Positions 45,510 to 53,333 of a stretch of 64,000 nucleotides of DNA are shown piece after piece (positions within the stretch are counted from its first letter, which is position 1; each line of letters opens with the position of its first letter). The notes below the pieces were generated by a model, which was not told the origin of the DNA, did no database searches, and saw only the letters and a program-made list of their open reading frames with translations. Origin of the DNA: an uncultured Gammaproteobacteria bacterium. Lineage in GTDB: Bacteria; Patescibacteriota; Patescibacteriia; Magasanikbacterales; UBA10003. The stretch is taken from assembly GCA_964365025.1 (NCBI GenBank), contig CAYIOJ010000002.1, forward strand, positions 20,208 to 84,207. Direction: 5' to 3'. The translations under genes were made by a program, and so were the position numbers.

Positions 45510-46994
45510 ATGGATTTAGCGACGATTAAAAAAATTCACTGCGTAGGCATTGGCGGAATTGGCGTATCAGCTATTGCCAAGTTTTTTTTGTCGCTCGGCG
45601 CGACTGTGACTGGTTCCGATGTTTCATCCTCGGTTATTACGCAGGATTTGGAAAAACGCGGAGTGAAAATTTTTTATGGACACAAGGCCGAAAATGTTTC
45701 AAATGATGTTGATTTAATAATTTATTCTCCTGCTGTGCCCAAAGACAATCCCGAGCGGCAAAAAGGCATCCAAGAATTATCTTATCCTGAATTTTTGGGA
45801 GAATTATCAAAACAATATTTTACCATCGCCATTTCCGGCACGCACGGCAAAAGCACCACTACGGCTTTGATTGGCTTGATTTTGGAGGCGGCGGGTTTTG
45901 ATCCATTGGTAATTGTCGGGTCGCGCGTGCCCGGCTGGGAGTTGGGCAATATCCGCCTTCCCGCGTCATTGCGAGCGCCTGCCCCTGCCTACCGGCAGGC
46001 AGGTGCCGACAAGGCAGGCGAAGCCGAAGCAATCCCGAACAATAAAAAAATTTTTGTGGTAGAAGCCTGCGAACATCAGGCCAATATGCTCAATTTGTGT
46101 CCGCAGGCCGTGGTAATCACCAATATAGAGCCGGACCATTTGGATTTTTATGGCAATTTTGATAATGTTAAAAGCGCTTTTCAAAAGTTCGTTCGTTTGG
46201 TTCCTAAAAATGGGCTGGTGATTTTTAATGGCGATAGAGAGGCGGAATTGGATTGGAATTATGCCAGGCCAAGCATGTGGAAATTAATTTGGCAGGTTTT
46301 ATTCAGCCGCCGCGTCAAATGGCGCAGTTTTGGTTTTAAGACGCCCAATGATTATCAGGCTCTGGATAGAGAAGTAAAAAATGGCAATCAGTTTTTTAAT
46401 GTTCAAAGTGGGTTGTCCAAATTTCATGTAAAATTAAGTATCCCCGGTAAGTTTAACGCGTATAATGCTTTGGCAGCCATGGCTGTGGTGCTGGAACTTG
46501 GCGCACCAGTGGAAGTTTGTCAGAAAGTTTTAGCGAATTTCAAAGGTATTTGGCGCCGGTTTGAAATTTTAAAAGAAAAGCCATTGATTATTTCCGATTA
46601 TGGCCACCACCCGACAGCTATTGCCGAAACTGTGAAGGCCGCGCGCGAATTTTATCCCGGTCGGCGCGTGGTTTTGGTGTATCAGCCGCATCAGCATCAT
46701 AGAACAAAAATGTTATTCAATGATTTTGTTTCGGCTTTGGCTTTACCAGATGTATTAATTTTATCAGATATATATGATGTGGCAGGCAGAGAAGAGGTAA
46801 CAGATCAAGATGTAAGTTCTGAAAAGATTTTGGAGGCGATAAAAGTGTCGGGTGGAGCGGGCGAGTATTTTTACAGTGGCGATTTGGCCACCACCGAACG
46901 ATTAGCGCGAGAGATTATAAAAGAAAGCGATGTTATATTGGTGATGGGAGCTGGGGATGTAGATATCATTGCCAGGCATCTATCTATATTTTGA
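45510..46994 (+). CDS. murC: UDP-N-acetylmuramate--L-alanine ligase
   Basis: Carries GIGGIGVSAIA, GTHGKSTTT and a C-terminal Mur ligase domain. The conserved start is the Met at 45510. A 26-aa in-frame repeat insertion lies at 45964-46034. Confidence 0.85.
   Translation: MDLATIKKIHCVGIGGIGVSAIAKFFLSLGATVTGSDVSSSVITQDLEKRGVKIFYGHKAENVSNDVDLIIYSPAVPKDNPERQKGIQELSYPEFLGELSKQYFTIAISGTHGKSTTTALIGLILEAAGFDPLVIVGSRVPGWELGNIRLPASLRAPAPAYRQAGADKAGEAEAIPNNKKIFVVEACEHQANMLNLCPQAVVITNIEPDHLDFYGNFDNVKSAFQKFVRLVPKNGLVIFNGDREAELDWNYARPSMWKLIWQVLFSRRVKWRSFGFKTPNDYQALDREVKNGNQFFNVQSGLSKFHVKLSIPGKFNAYNALAAMAVVLELGAPVEVCQKVLANFKGIWRRFEILKEKPLIISDYGHHPTAIAETVKAAREFYPGRRVVLVYQPHQHHRTKMLFNDFVSALALPDVLILSDIYDVAGREEVTDQDVSSEKILEAIKVSGGAGEYFYSGDLATTERLAREIIKESDVILVMGAGDVDIIARHLSIF
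45964..46034. repeat. GTCATTGCGAG...GAAGCAATC element (with a CCTGCC...GGCAGG module) inserted in-frame in murC
   Basis: The sequence is CGTCATTGCGAGCGCCTGCCCCTGCCTACCGGCAGGCAGGTGCCGACAAGGCAGGCGAAGCCGAAGCAATCC. It translates as ASLRAPAPAYRQAGADKAGEAEAIPN between conserved MurC segments. Confidence 0.75.
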
Positions 46995-47005
46995 ATTACG
47001 AATAA

Positions 47006-47073
47006 GGGATGTGCCTATTCTTTTTTGCAGTCGCGGCGAAGTCCGCAGCAAAAAAAAGATATAGGCACATCCC
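47006..47073. repeat. Type-2 palindromic element, second copy: outer inverted repeat GGGATGTGCCTAT, with the core in opposite orientation
   Basis: The sequence is GGGATGTGCCTATTCTTTTTTGCAGTCGCGGCGAAGTCCGCAGCAAAAAAAAGATATAGGCACATCCC. The two type-2 copies bracket murC. Confidence 0.7.
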
Positions 47074-47094
47074 GAATAATGAATTTTATTTATC

Positions 47095-48012
47095 ATGCTA
47101 ATACAAGAAAACATTTCACTTGCTCCATTGACGACTTTTAAAATCGGCGGGCCGGCCAGATTTTTTGTTGAAGTTGGCACAGCTGAAGAAATTGTTCAAG
47201 CAAAAAAATTCGCGCGAGAAAAAAATCTTCCGGTTTTAATTTTTGGCGGAGGGAGTAATGTTTTAATCAATGATAATGGATTTCCCGGATTGGTCATCCG
47301 TCTTATCAAAGGCGGGTGGACTATAAACGGCAATCAAATTGAGGTGGGCACAAGCGTATATATGGCAGCTTTAGCTTTTATGGCCTCGCGAAATGGTTTG
47401 CGCGGACTGGAATGGGCCGGCGGCTTGCCCGGCACCGTGGGCGGAGCGATTCGCGGCGATGCCGGCGCGTTTCGTTTTGAAATCAGCCAAAATGTGAAAT
47501 CAGTGGAAGTCTTGCGCGGCGACCAAATAATTCAACTCAAGCCGGAAGAATGCGGTTTTGGTTATCGCACCAGCTACTTTAAAAATAAATTAAAAGATGA
47601 TATAATTTTATCAGCGCGGTTGGAGCTGACAGCGGGCGACGCTAAAGAAAGCGAGAAACAATTGCAGGATTTTTTACAGCATCGCCAGGCGCATCAGCCG
47701 CCTCATCCAAGCGCCGGTTGCATTTTTAAAAATTTTTCTTTTACTGATGACGCGGATATTGCGGAAATAAAAAATATTGTACCGGTGGAGTTTTTAAAAT
47801 ATAAAAAAATTCCCGCGGCTTGGATCGTTGAGCGGGCAGGTATGAAGGGTGTGCTGGTTGGACAAGCGCAGGTGTCGTTGACGCACGCCAACTTCATTGT
47901 CAATCTGGGTGGAGCCAAAGCAGTAGATGTCTTGACACTTATTAGACAAATTAAAGAGAAAGTGTATAATAAATTCCATATTAAATTGGAAGAAGAAGCG
48001 CAAATAATATGA
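47095..48012 (+). CDS. murB: UDP-N-acetylenolpyruvoylglucosamine reductase
   Basis: FAD-binding region (LTTFKIGGPARFF ... IFGGGSNVL) and the C-terminal MurB domain. Confidence 0.85.
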   Translation: MLIQENISLAPLTTFKIGGPARFFVEVGTAEEIVQAKKFAREKNLPVLIFGGGSNVLINDNGFPGLVIRLIKGGWTINGNQIEVGTSVYMAALAFMASRNGLRGLEWAGGLPGTVGGAIRGDAGAFRFEISQNVKSVEVLRGDQIIQLKPEECGFGYRTSYFKNKLKDDIILSARLELTAGDAKESEKQLQDFLQHRQAHQPPHPSAGCIFKNFSFTDDADIAEIKNIVPVEFLKYKKIPAAWIVERAGMKGVLVGQAQVSLTHANFIVNLGGAKAVDVLTLIRQIKEKVYNKFHIKLEEEAQII

Positions 48013-48362
48013 AGATAATTATCAAAGCCACTGATTTAACGCTCACTCCGGCCATTCATGATTATATTGAAGAGAAAATCGGCGGGCTGGCCAAATATTT
48101 GCCCACCCCGGATTCAACAGCTGTGGAGGCGCGGGTGGAGGTGGGACGCACGACTAAGCATCACCAGAAAGGTGACATATTCCGCGCCGAACTTAATTTA
48201 AAAATTCCCGGCGGACTTCTGCGCGCCGAACGGGAAACCGGCGATCTGTATGCGTCAATTGATTCTGTCCACGATGAAATGAAACGCCAGATAATTTCTT
48301 TTAAAGAAAAAAGAATTTCTAAAAAAGTCCGCGCCGCCAGGCGGGCGAAAATTGTCGCGTAG
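48009..48362 (+). CDS. hpf: Ribosome hibernation promoting factor (RaiA/HPF family)
   Basis: Begins [32 protein letters not shown], the S30AE pattern. Confidence 0.8.
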   Translation: MKIIIKATDLTLTPAIHDYIEEKIGGLAKYLPTPDSTAVEARVEVGRTTKHHQKGDIFRAELNLKIPGGLLRAERETGDLYASIDSVHDEMKRQIISFKEKRISKKVRAARRAKIVA

Positions 48363-48400
48363 CGTCATCCCCGCGAAAGCGGGGATCTAAACCTTATTTT

Positions 48401-48943
48401 ATGGTACCAAGCAAAATTTTTTTCACGAAAGGCGTGGGGAGGCACAAAGATTATCTGCAGTCATTTGAGCTGGCGCTTCGCGACGCCGGCATTCAGCCGT
48501 ATAATTTGGTGAATGTCTCCAGTATTTTTCCTCCGGGATGCAAACGAATCAGCAAAGAGGAAGGCGCGAAAATTTTAAAGCACGGCGAGGTGGTTTTCTG
48601 CGTCATGGCGCGCAATGCCACGAACGAGCCGAATCGCCTGATTGCCGCTTCAATCGGCTTAGCCTTGCCGGCTGATGAAAGTCAGTATGGTTATCTTTCA
48701 GAGCATCACCCTAACGGCGAAACAGATGAAAAAGCCGGTGAATACGCCGAGGATTTAGCCGCCTCAATGTTGGCCAACACTTTGGGTATAGAATTTGACG
48801 CCAATCAATCCTGGGACGAACGCGAGCATGTGTATAAAATGAGCGGTAAAATCGTTAAGACCACCAATATCACCCAATCGTCCGAAGGCCACAAAGACGG
48901 GCTCTGGACTTCAGTGGTGGCGGTGGCGGTGCTTGTGCCATAA
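48401..48943 (+). CDS. pdaD: Pyruvoyl-dependent arginine decarboxylase
   Basis: [11 protein letters not shown] start, a VSSIFPPG Ser-Ser self-cleavage site, and the ~180-aa length of the PdaD/AaxB family. Confidence 0.7.
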   Translation: MVPSKIFFTKGVGRHKDYLQSFELALRDAGIQPYNLVNVSSIFPPGCKRISKEEGAKILKHGEVVFCVMARNATNEPNRLIAASIGLALPADESQYGYLSEHHPNGETDEKAGEYAEDLAASMLANTLGIEFDANQSWDEREHVYKMSGKIVKTTNITQSSEGHKDGLWTSVVAVAVLVP

Positions 48944-48947
48944 TAAT

Positions 48948-48977
48948 GTCATTCTGAGCCCGTAGGGCGAAGAATTT
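48948..48977. repeat. GTCATTCTGAGC...GAAGAAT short variant of the element family
   Basis: The sequence is GTCATTCTGAGCCCGTAGGGCGAAGAATTTT. Confidence 0.6.
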
Positions 48978-49001
48978 TAATTTAATTTTAAAAAATAAAA
49001 T

Positions 49002-50168
49002 ATGCCAGAAATGTCCAAGGGGGCCATGTTATTCACTTCCGAATCCGTGACCGAAGGTCATCCGGATAAAATTTGCGATCAGGTGTCTGACGCTATTTTA
49101 GATAGTTTAATTGCTCAAGATCCGGGGTCGCATGTGGCAGTGGAGGCCTTTACCACCACCGGACTTATGATTGTCGGCGGTGAAGTAACCACGCGCGGGT
49201 TTGTGGATGTGCAAAAAGTGACGCGCGGTGTTTTAAGAAATATCGGTTATGTTAATCCGGAATACGGTATTGATTGCGACGACGCCGGAGTTTTGGTTTC
49301 CATTCATGAACAATCGCCGGACATTGCCCAGGGCGTCAATCGCGCCACCACCGAAGAACAGGGGGCAGGGGATCAGGGTTTGATGTTTGGTTATGCCTGT
49401 ACTGAAACGCCGGAGTTGATGCCGTTGCCCATTATGCTAGCCCATCATTTGGCTAAAAAATTGTCCGTTGTGCGCAAAAAAGGTGTTTTGCCGTATTTGC
49501 GTCCGGATGGCAAGTCGCAGGTGGCGGTGGAATATCGCGACGGTAAGCCGGTGCGTTTGCACAATGTGGTAATTGCCGCCCAGCATAATCCCGAGATCTC
49601 CACCGAGCAATTGCGCGCCGATATTATTGAACAAGTAATAAAGCCGGTGTGCGGCCAATATCTGGACGCGCAGACTGAATATCATATTAATATGACCGGC
49701 CGTTTTGTGGTCGGCGGGCCGCAGGGGGATACCGGCCTCACCGGCAGAAAGATTATTGTTGACACTTACGGCGGCATGGGTCGGCATGGCGGAGGCTGTT
49801 TTTCCGGCAAAGATCCGTCCAAAGTTGATCGTTCCGGCGCCTACATGGCGCGTTATGTGGCTAAAAATATAGTGGCGGCCGGCTTAGCCGAGCGTTTGGA
49901 GGTACAAATTTCCTATGTTATTGGCCGCGCTTTGCCCACGAGTGTGTCAGTCAATGCCTTTGGCACAGGCAAATTGTCTGATGACAAATTAGTGGAAATT
50001 GTTAATAAGCATTTTGATTTGCGGCCGGCTAAAATCATTGAGCACCTGCAATTATTGCGACCGATTTACCAGAAAACAGCGGCTTACGGTCATTTTGGCA
50101 GAAACGAAGAAGAATTTAGCTGGGAAAAAACAGACAAAGTTGAAGAATTGAAACAATATCTCGTCTAG
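49002..50168 (+). CDS. metK: S-adenosylmethionine synthetase
   Basis: Carries [28 protein letters not shown] and [16 protein letters not shown]. Confidence 0.9.
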   Translation: MPEMSKGAMLFTSESVTEGHPDKICDQVSDAILDSLIAQDPGSHVAVEAFTTTGLMIVGGEVTTRGFVDVQKVTRGVLRNIGYVNPEYGIDCDDAGVLVSIHEQSPDIAQGVNRATTEEQGAGDQGLMFGYACTETPELMPLPIMLAHHLAKKLSVVRKKGVLPYLRPDGKSQVAVEYRDGKPVRLHNVVIAAQHNPEISTEQLRADIIEQVIKPVCGQYLDAQTEYHINMTGRFVVGGPQGDTGLTGRKIIVDTYGGMGRHGGGCFSGKDPSKVDRSGAYMARYVAKNIVAAGLAERLEVQISYVIGRALPTSVSVNAFGTGKLSDDKLVEIVNKHFDLRPAKIIEHLQLLRPIYQKTAAYGHFGRNEEEFSWEKTDKVEELKQYLV

Positions 50169-50169
50169 T

Positions 50170-51039
50170 ATGGCTTATCAAAGGAGAGTGACTCCGAATA
50201 ATTTCGGCGGCTTGTCTGATCAAAGTTTTGACGCGGCTAAGGCCGTAATTTTGCCCGTTCCTTATGAAGGCACGGTTTCTTACGGTTTGGGAGCGTCCAA
50301 AGGCCCGCAGGCGATTATTCAATCATCGCGTTTCATGGAATGGTATGATATTGAATTAGATGCGGAGATATATAGGAAGCCCGGAATTTTTACTTTGGAG
50401 CCGATGGCAGTTGGCGCTTTGGATCCGGAAGACATGACCGTAGAAGTTGAAAAAGAATACGCCAGATTAGTGGCGGCCGATAAATTCACGGTGATGCTCG
50501 GGGGAGAGCATTCCATTTCTTACACCGCGGATCGACCATTGCGAGAAAGATATTCCGATCTGTCAATTTTGCAATGGGATGCGCATGCTGATTTGCGCGA
50601 TTCTTTTGAAGGCACGAAATTCAGTCATGGCTGCGCAATGAGACGATTTTATGATAATGCAAAAAGAATTGTGCAAGTTGGCGTTCGCAGTTATTCAGCT
50701 GAAGAAGCCGAATACATTAAGAAAAATGATTTGCGCGGAAATATTTTCACGCCGATGGAATTTAATGTGGAAAAAATAATTGACCGGCTTTCGTCAAATG
50801 TTTATGTTACTGTTGATTTGGATGGTTTTGATCCGTCAGTGCTGCCGGCCACCGGCACTCCGGAACCCGGCGGTCTTTATTGGCCTGATTTTTTGAAATT
50901 GATGCGCGCGGTTTTTGCCAAAAAGAATGTGGTGGGTTGCGATGTGGTGGAGTTGGCGCCGATTGCCGGACAACCGTCATCTGATTTTCTTGCCGCGCTC
51001 GCGGTTTACAAAATGATTGGATATAAATTTTGTCAATAA
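50170..51039 (+). CDS. speB: Agmatinase (arginase/ureohydrolase family)
   Basis: Arginase-fold metal ligands GGEHSIS, DAHADL, DLDGFDP and SGCDVVELAP. It sits beside pdaD. Confidence 0.8.
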   Translation: MAYQRRVTPNNFGGLSDQSFDAAKAVILPVPYEGTVSYGLGASKGPQAIIQSSRFMEWYDIELDAEIYRKPGIFTLEPMAVGALDPEDMTVEVEKEYARLVAADKFTVMLGGEHSISYTADRPLRERYSDLSILQWDAHADLRDSFEGTKFSHGCAMRRFYDNAKRIVQVGVRSYSAEEAEYIKKNDLRGNIFTPMEFNVEKIIDRLSSNVYVTVDLDGFDPSVLPATGTPEPGGLYWPDFLKLMRAVFAKKNVVGCDVVELAPIAGQPSSDFLAALAVYKMIGYKFCQ

Positions 51040-51196
51040 TTTTTTTAAATTAAAAAAAGAGAACGCTTAATGGTGTTCTCTTTTATTTTTTTTTGTTGCC
51101 TGTGGATAACTTTTTTAAAATTTATATCCAATTTTTTATTTTTGTTGTATAATATAAATGAAATGAAAATAATTTTTTAAAATTTTTTTTCAAAAA

Positions 51197-52303
51197 ATGA
51201 AAATCGCGATTCTCTCCAACATTTTTGAAAGCAATTCCGAAAACAAAGAAGTGGAAGACGATTTGATGGAAGTGGGAAAGAAAACCAAAGCGGCGTTGGA
51301 ATCATACGGACACGAGGTGGCCTTCTATGATGTGAATGAAAGAGTATTTGAAAAATTGCGCAAGGCTAAACCTGACGCGGCTTTTAATGTTTGCGAGCGT
51401 TTTAATGGTTCCAGCTTGTTTGAGCCGCATGTGGCCTCAATGCTGGAGCTTTTGGGTATCCCTTATACCGGTTCCGGCCCATTGGCCTTGGCCACTTGCA
51501 TGAATAAGCCCATGGTAAAGGCTGTCTTAATGCACCATGAAATTCCCACGCCCAAGTATCAGGTGTTTTACTCCCGTTATCGCAAACTTGACCCCGAGCT
51601 TAAATTTCCTTTAATCGTTAAACCGTGTTCAATGGACAACAGCATCGGCATTACGCCGGAATCCGTGGTCAAAAATGAAGAGGACCTGCGCCGCCAGATC
51701 AATTTTATTTTAAAAACCTATTCCCAGCCGGCGCTGGTGGAAGAATTTATGGCCGGCCGCGAATTTACCGTCAGTATTTTAGGCAATGACAAGGAAGCCA
51801 TGCCCTTGCCGGTTTGCGAAATTGAAATGGGAAATGTTCTCAATAATCCGAATAAAATTTACAGTTATGACGCCAAGTGGGATGAGAATGGCGTTAATTA
51901 CAATCAAACTTACATTGATTGTCCGGCCAAAATTCCCAAATATCTGGAATTGAAATTGCAAAAAGTCGCTTTGGAAACGCATCGCGTGCTTGGCGTGCGC
52001 GATTACAGCCGCGTGGATTTGCGTTTGGATGAAGAAAACAATCCGTATGTTTTGGAAATGAATCCCAATCCGGGAATTAGCGCGGATTGTTTTCTGCCGT
52101 ATTCAGCCACGGCCTTGAACATCAATTACAATCAACTCATTAATATCATTTTTTGTTGCGCCTTGGAACGTAATGGAATTGAAAATGACAAAAAAATCAG
52201 CCGCGTGGCTGACATAATCAAAGAAGACGGAGTGAAGACCGGCGCGGAGGAAGAAGTGAAAGTCCCGTTGGCTGTTAAAGCGTTTTCGGCGCAAGCGGCT
52301 TAG
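51197..52303 (+). CDS. ddl: D-alanine--D-alanine ligase (ATP-grasp)
   Basis: The Ddl N-terminal pattern (MLELLGIPYTGSGPLALATCMNKPMVK) and an ATP-grasp C-terminal domain (EEFMAGREFTVSILG ... VLEMNPNPG). Confidence 0.7.
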   Translation: MKIAILSNIFESNSENKEVEDDLMEVGKKTKAALESYGHEVAFYDVNERVFEKLRKAKPDAAFNVCERFNGSSLFEPHVASMLELLGIPYTGSGPLALATCMNKPMVKAVLMHHEIPTPKYQVFYSRYRKLDPELKFPLIVKPCSMDNSIGITPESVVKNEEDLRRQINFILKTYSQPALVEEFMAGREFTVSILGNDKEAMPLPVCEIEMGNVLNNPNKIYSYDAKWDENGVNYNQTYIDCPAKIPKYLELKLQKVALETHRVLGVRDYSRVDLRLDEENNPYVLEMNPNPGISADCFLPYSATALNINYNQLINIIFCCALERNGIENDKKISRVADIIKEDGVKTGAEEEVKVPLAVKAFSAQAA

Positions 52304-52306
52304 GAT

Positions 52307-53281
52307 ATGGAAATTATAAGCGAAGCTTCAAATTTCGGCGGGCTTCGCAAACCAAAAACAAGTTTTTGGTTTGTCTCATCCCTTGAAATTTTCAAAGATA
52401 CGGCGGAGAATCAGTCATTGATTGAGGAGGAGATTCAAAAGTACGGTTATGCCCCCGAGCATAATTTTTTTTGTTTTAGAGATGATCAGGGCGAGGGTAC
52501 GCAGAATTGGCTTTTCAAAACCGACAAGGGTTCAATTTTAGCGCGCCGGGAAGATGAAGTTTGGTATCTTTTTTCCGAAATTCTCGCGCCGCCGCCTGAT
52601 AAGTTAAAAATTTTGTCGGAATTTTTAACGCATTGTTTCAACGATAAAAAAACAGATCGAGTCAGCGTGGAATTTGAAACTGATTTTTACCGCGAAGTAT
52701 TAAAATTTTTAAAATCATCGCCGTGGCGCGCTTGTACTGTAAATTATTCTTTAACTTGGCCGATTTTTGATTTAACAAAATGGAATCCGGAATTGCCGGG
52801 AGGCGAGTGGAAAAAACTGCGTTATCAAATCGGATTGTTTTATCGCCGGCATAAAGTGGAAATAGTTGACGCCCGCGATTGTAAGCCGGATGATTTGAAA
52901 AAAATAGTGGAAGCGTGGAGAAAAAAACGGCAAGGTGGAGACAGGAGTTATGATTACCATTATTTGAATTTGATTGATAATAATTTTGCTGGCGTAAAAT
53001 TTTGCCGTGTTTTTGTAGTAGATGGCGCGAAGGCTACCATTACAGCCGGTTGGGAGATCCCCAATCAACCATGTAGTTATTATTCAGCTGTGGGTTTGCA
53101 TAATTATTCTTGCGATTATTTGGGCGAGGCGGCTAATGTTGATGATTTATCGTTTTTAAAAAAGCAGGGTTATCAATTGGCGAATTTTGGCGGGGGGGAA
53201 GAAGAATTGACCGGATTTAAAATGAAATTTCATCCCCGCCGAACCTACGATACGCATGTTTTTTCAATTAAAAGGCGTTAA
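52307..53281 (+). CDS. Hypothetical protein. Weak resemblance to DUF2156, the MprF C-terminal-like aminoacyl-transferase fold
   Basis: 324 aa. The first ~28 codons are supplied by the 72-bp repeat (52320-52390). Downstream the sequence has a GNAT/FemAB-like feel (WNPELPGGEWKKLRYQIGLFYRR). The assignment is tentative. Confidence 0.35.
   Translation: MEIISEASNFGGLRKPKTSFWFVSSLEIFKDTAENQSLIEEEIQKYGYAPEHNFFCFRDDQGEGTQNWLFKTDKGSILARREDEVWYLFSEILAPPPDKLKILSEFLTHCFNDKKTDRVSVEFETDFYREVLKFLKSSPWRACTVNYSLTWPIFDLTKWNPELPGGEWKKLRYQIGLFYRRHKVEIVDARDCKPDDLKKIVEAWRKKRQGGDRSYDYHYLNLIDNNFAGVKFCRVFVVDGAKATITAGWEIPNQPCSYYSAVGLHNYSCDYLGEAANVDDLSFLKKQGYQLANFGGGEEELTGFKMKFHPRRTYDTHVFSIKRR
52320..52390. repeat. 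72-bp double-hairpin repeat, copy 2
   Basis: The sequence is GCGAAGCTTCAAATTTCGGCGGGCTTCGCAAACCAAAAACAAGTTTTTGGTTTGTCTCATCCCTTGAAATT. It overlaps the 5' end of ORF 52307-53281. Confidence 0.7.
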
Positions 53282-53333
53282 GCCGGCAAGCTCTTTACAG
53301 ATAAGCTGGAAAAAGGTATATTGGGTCTAATGT

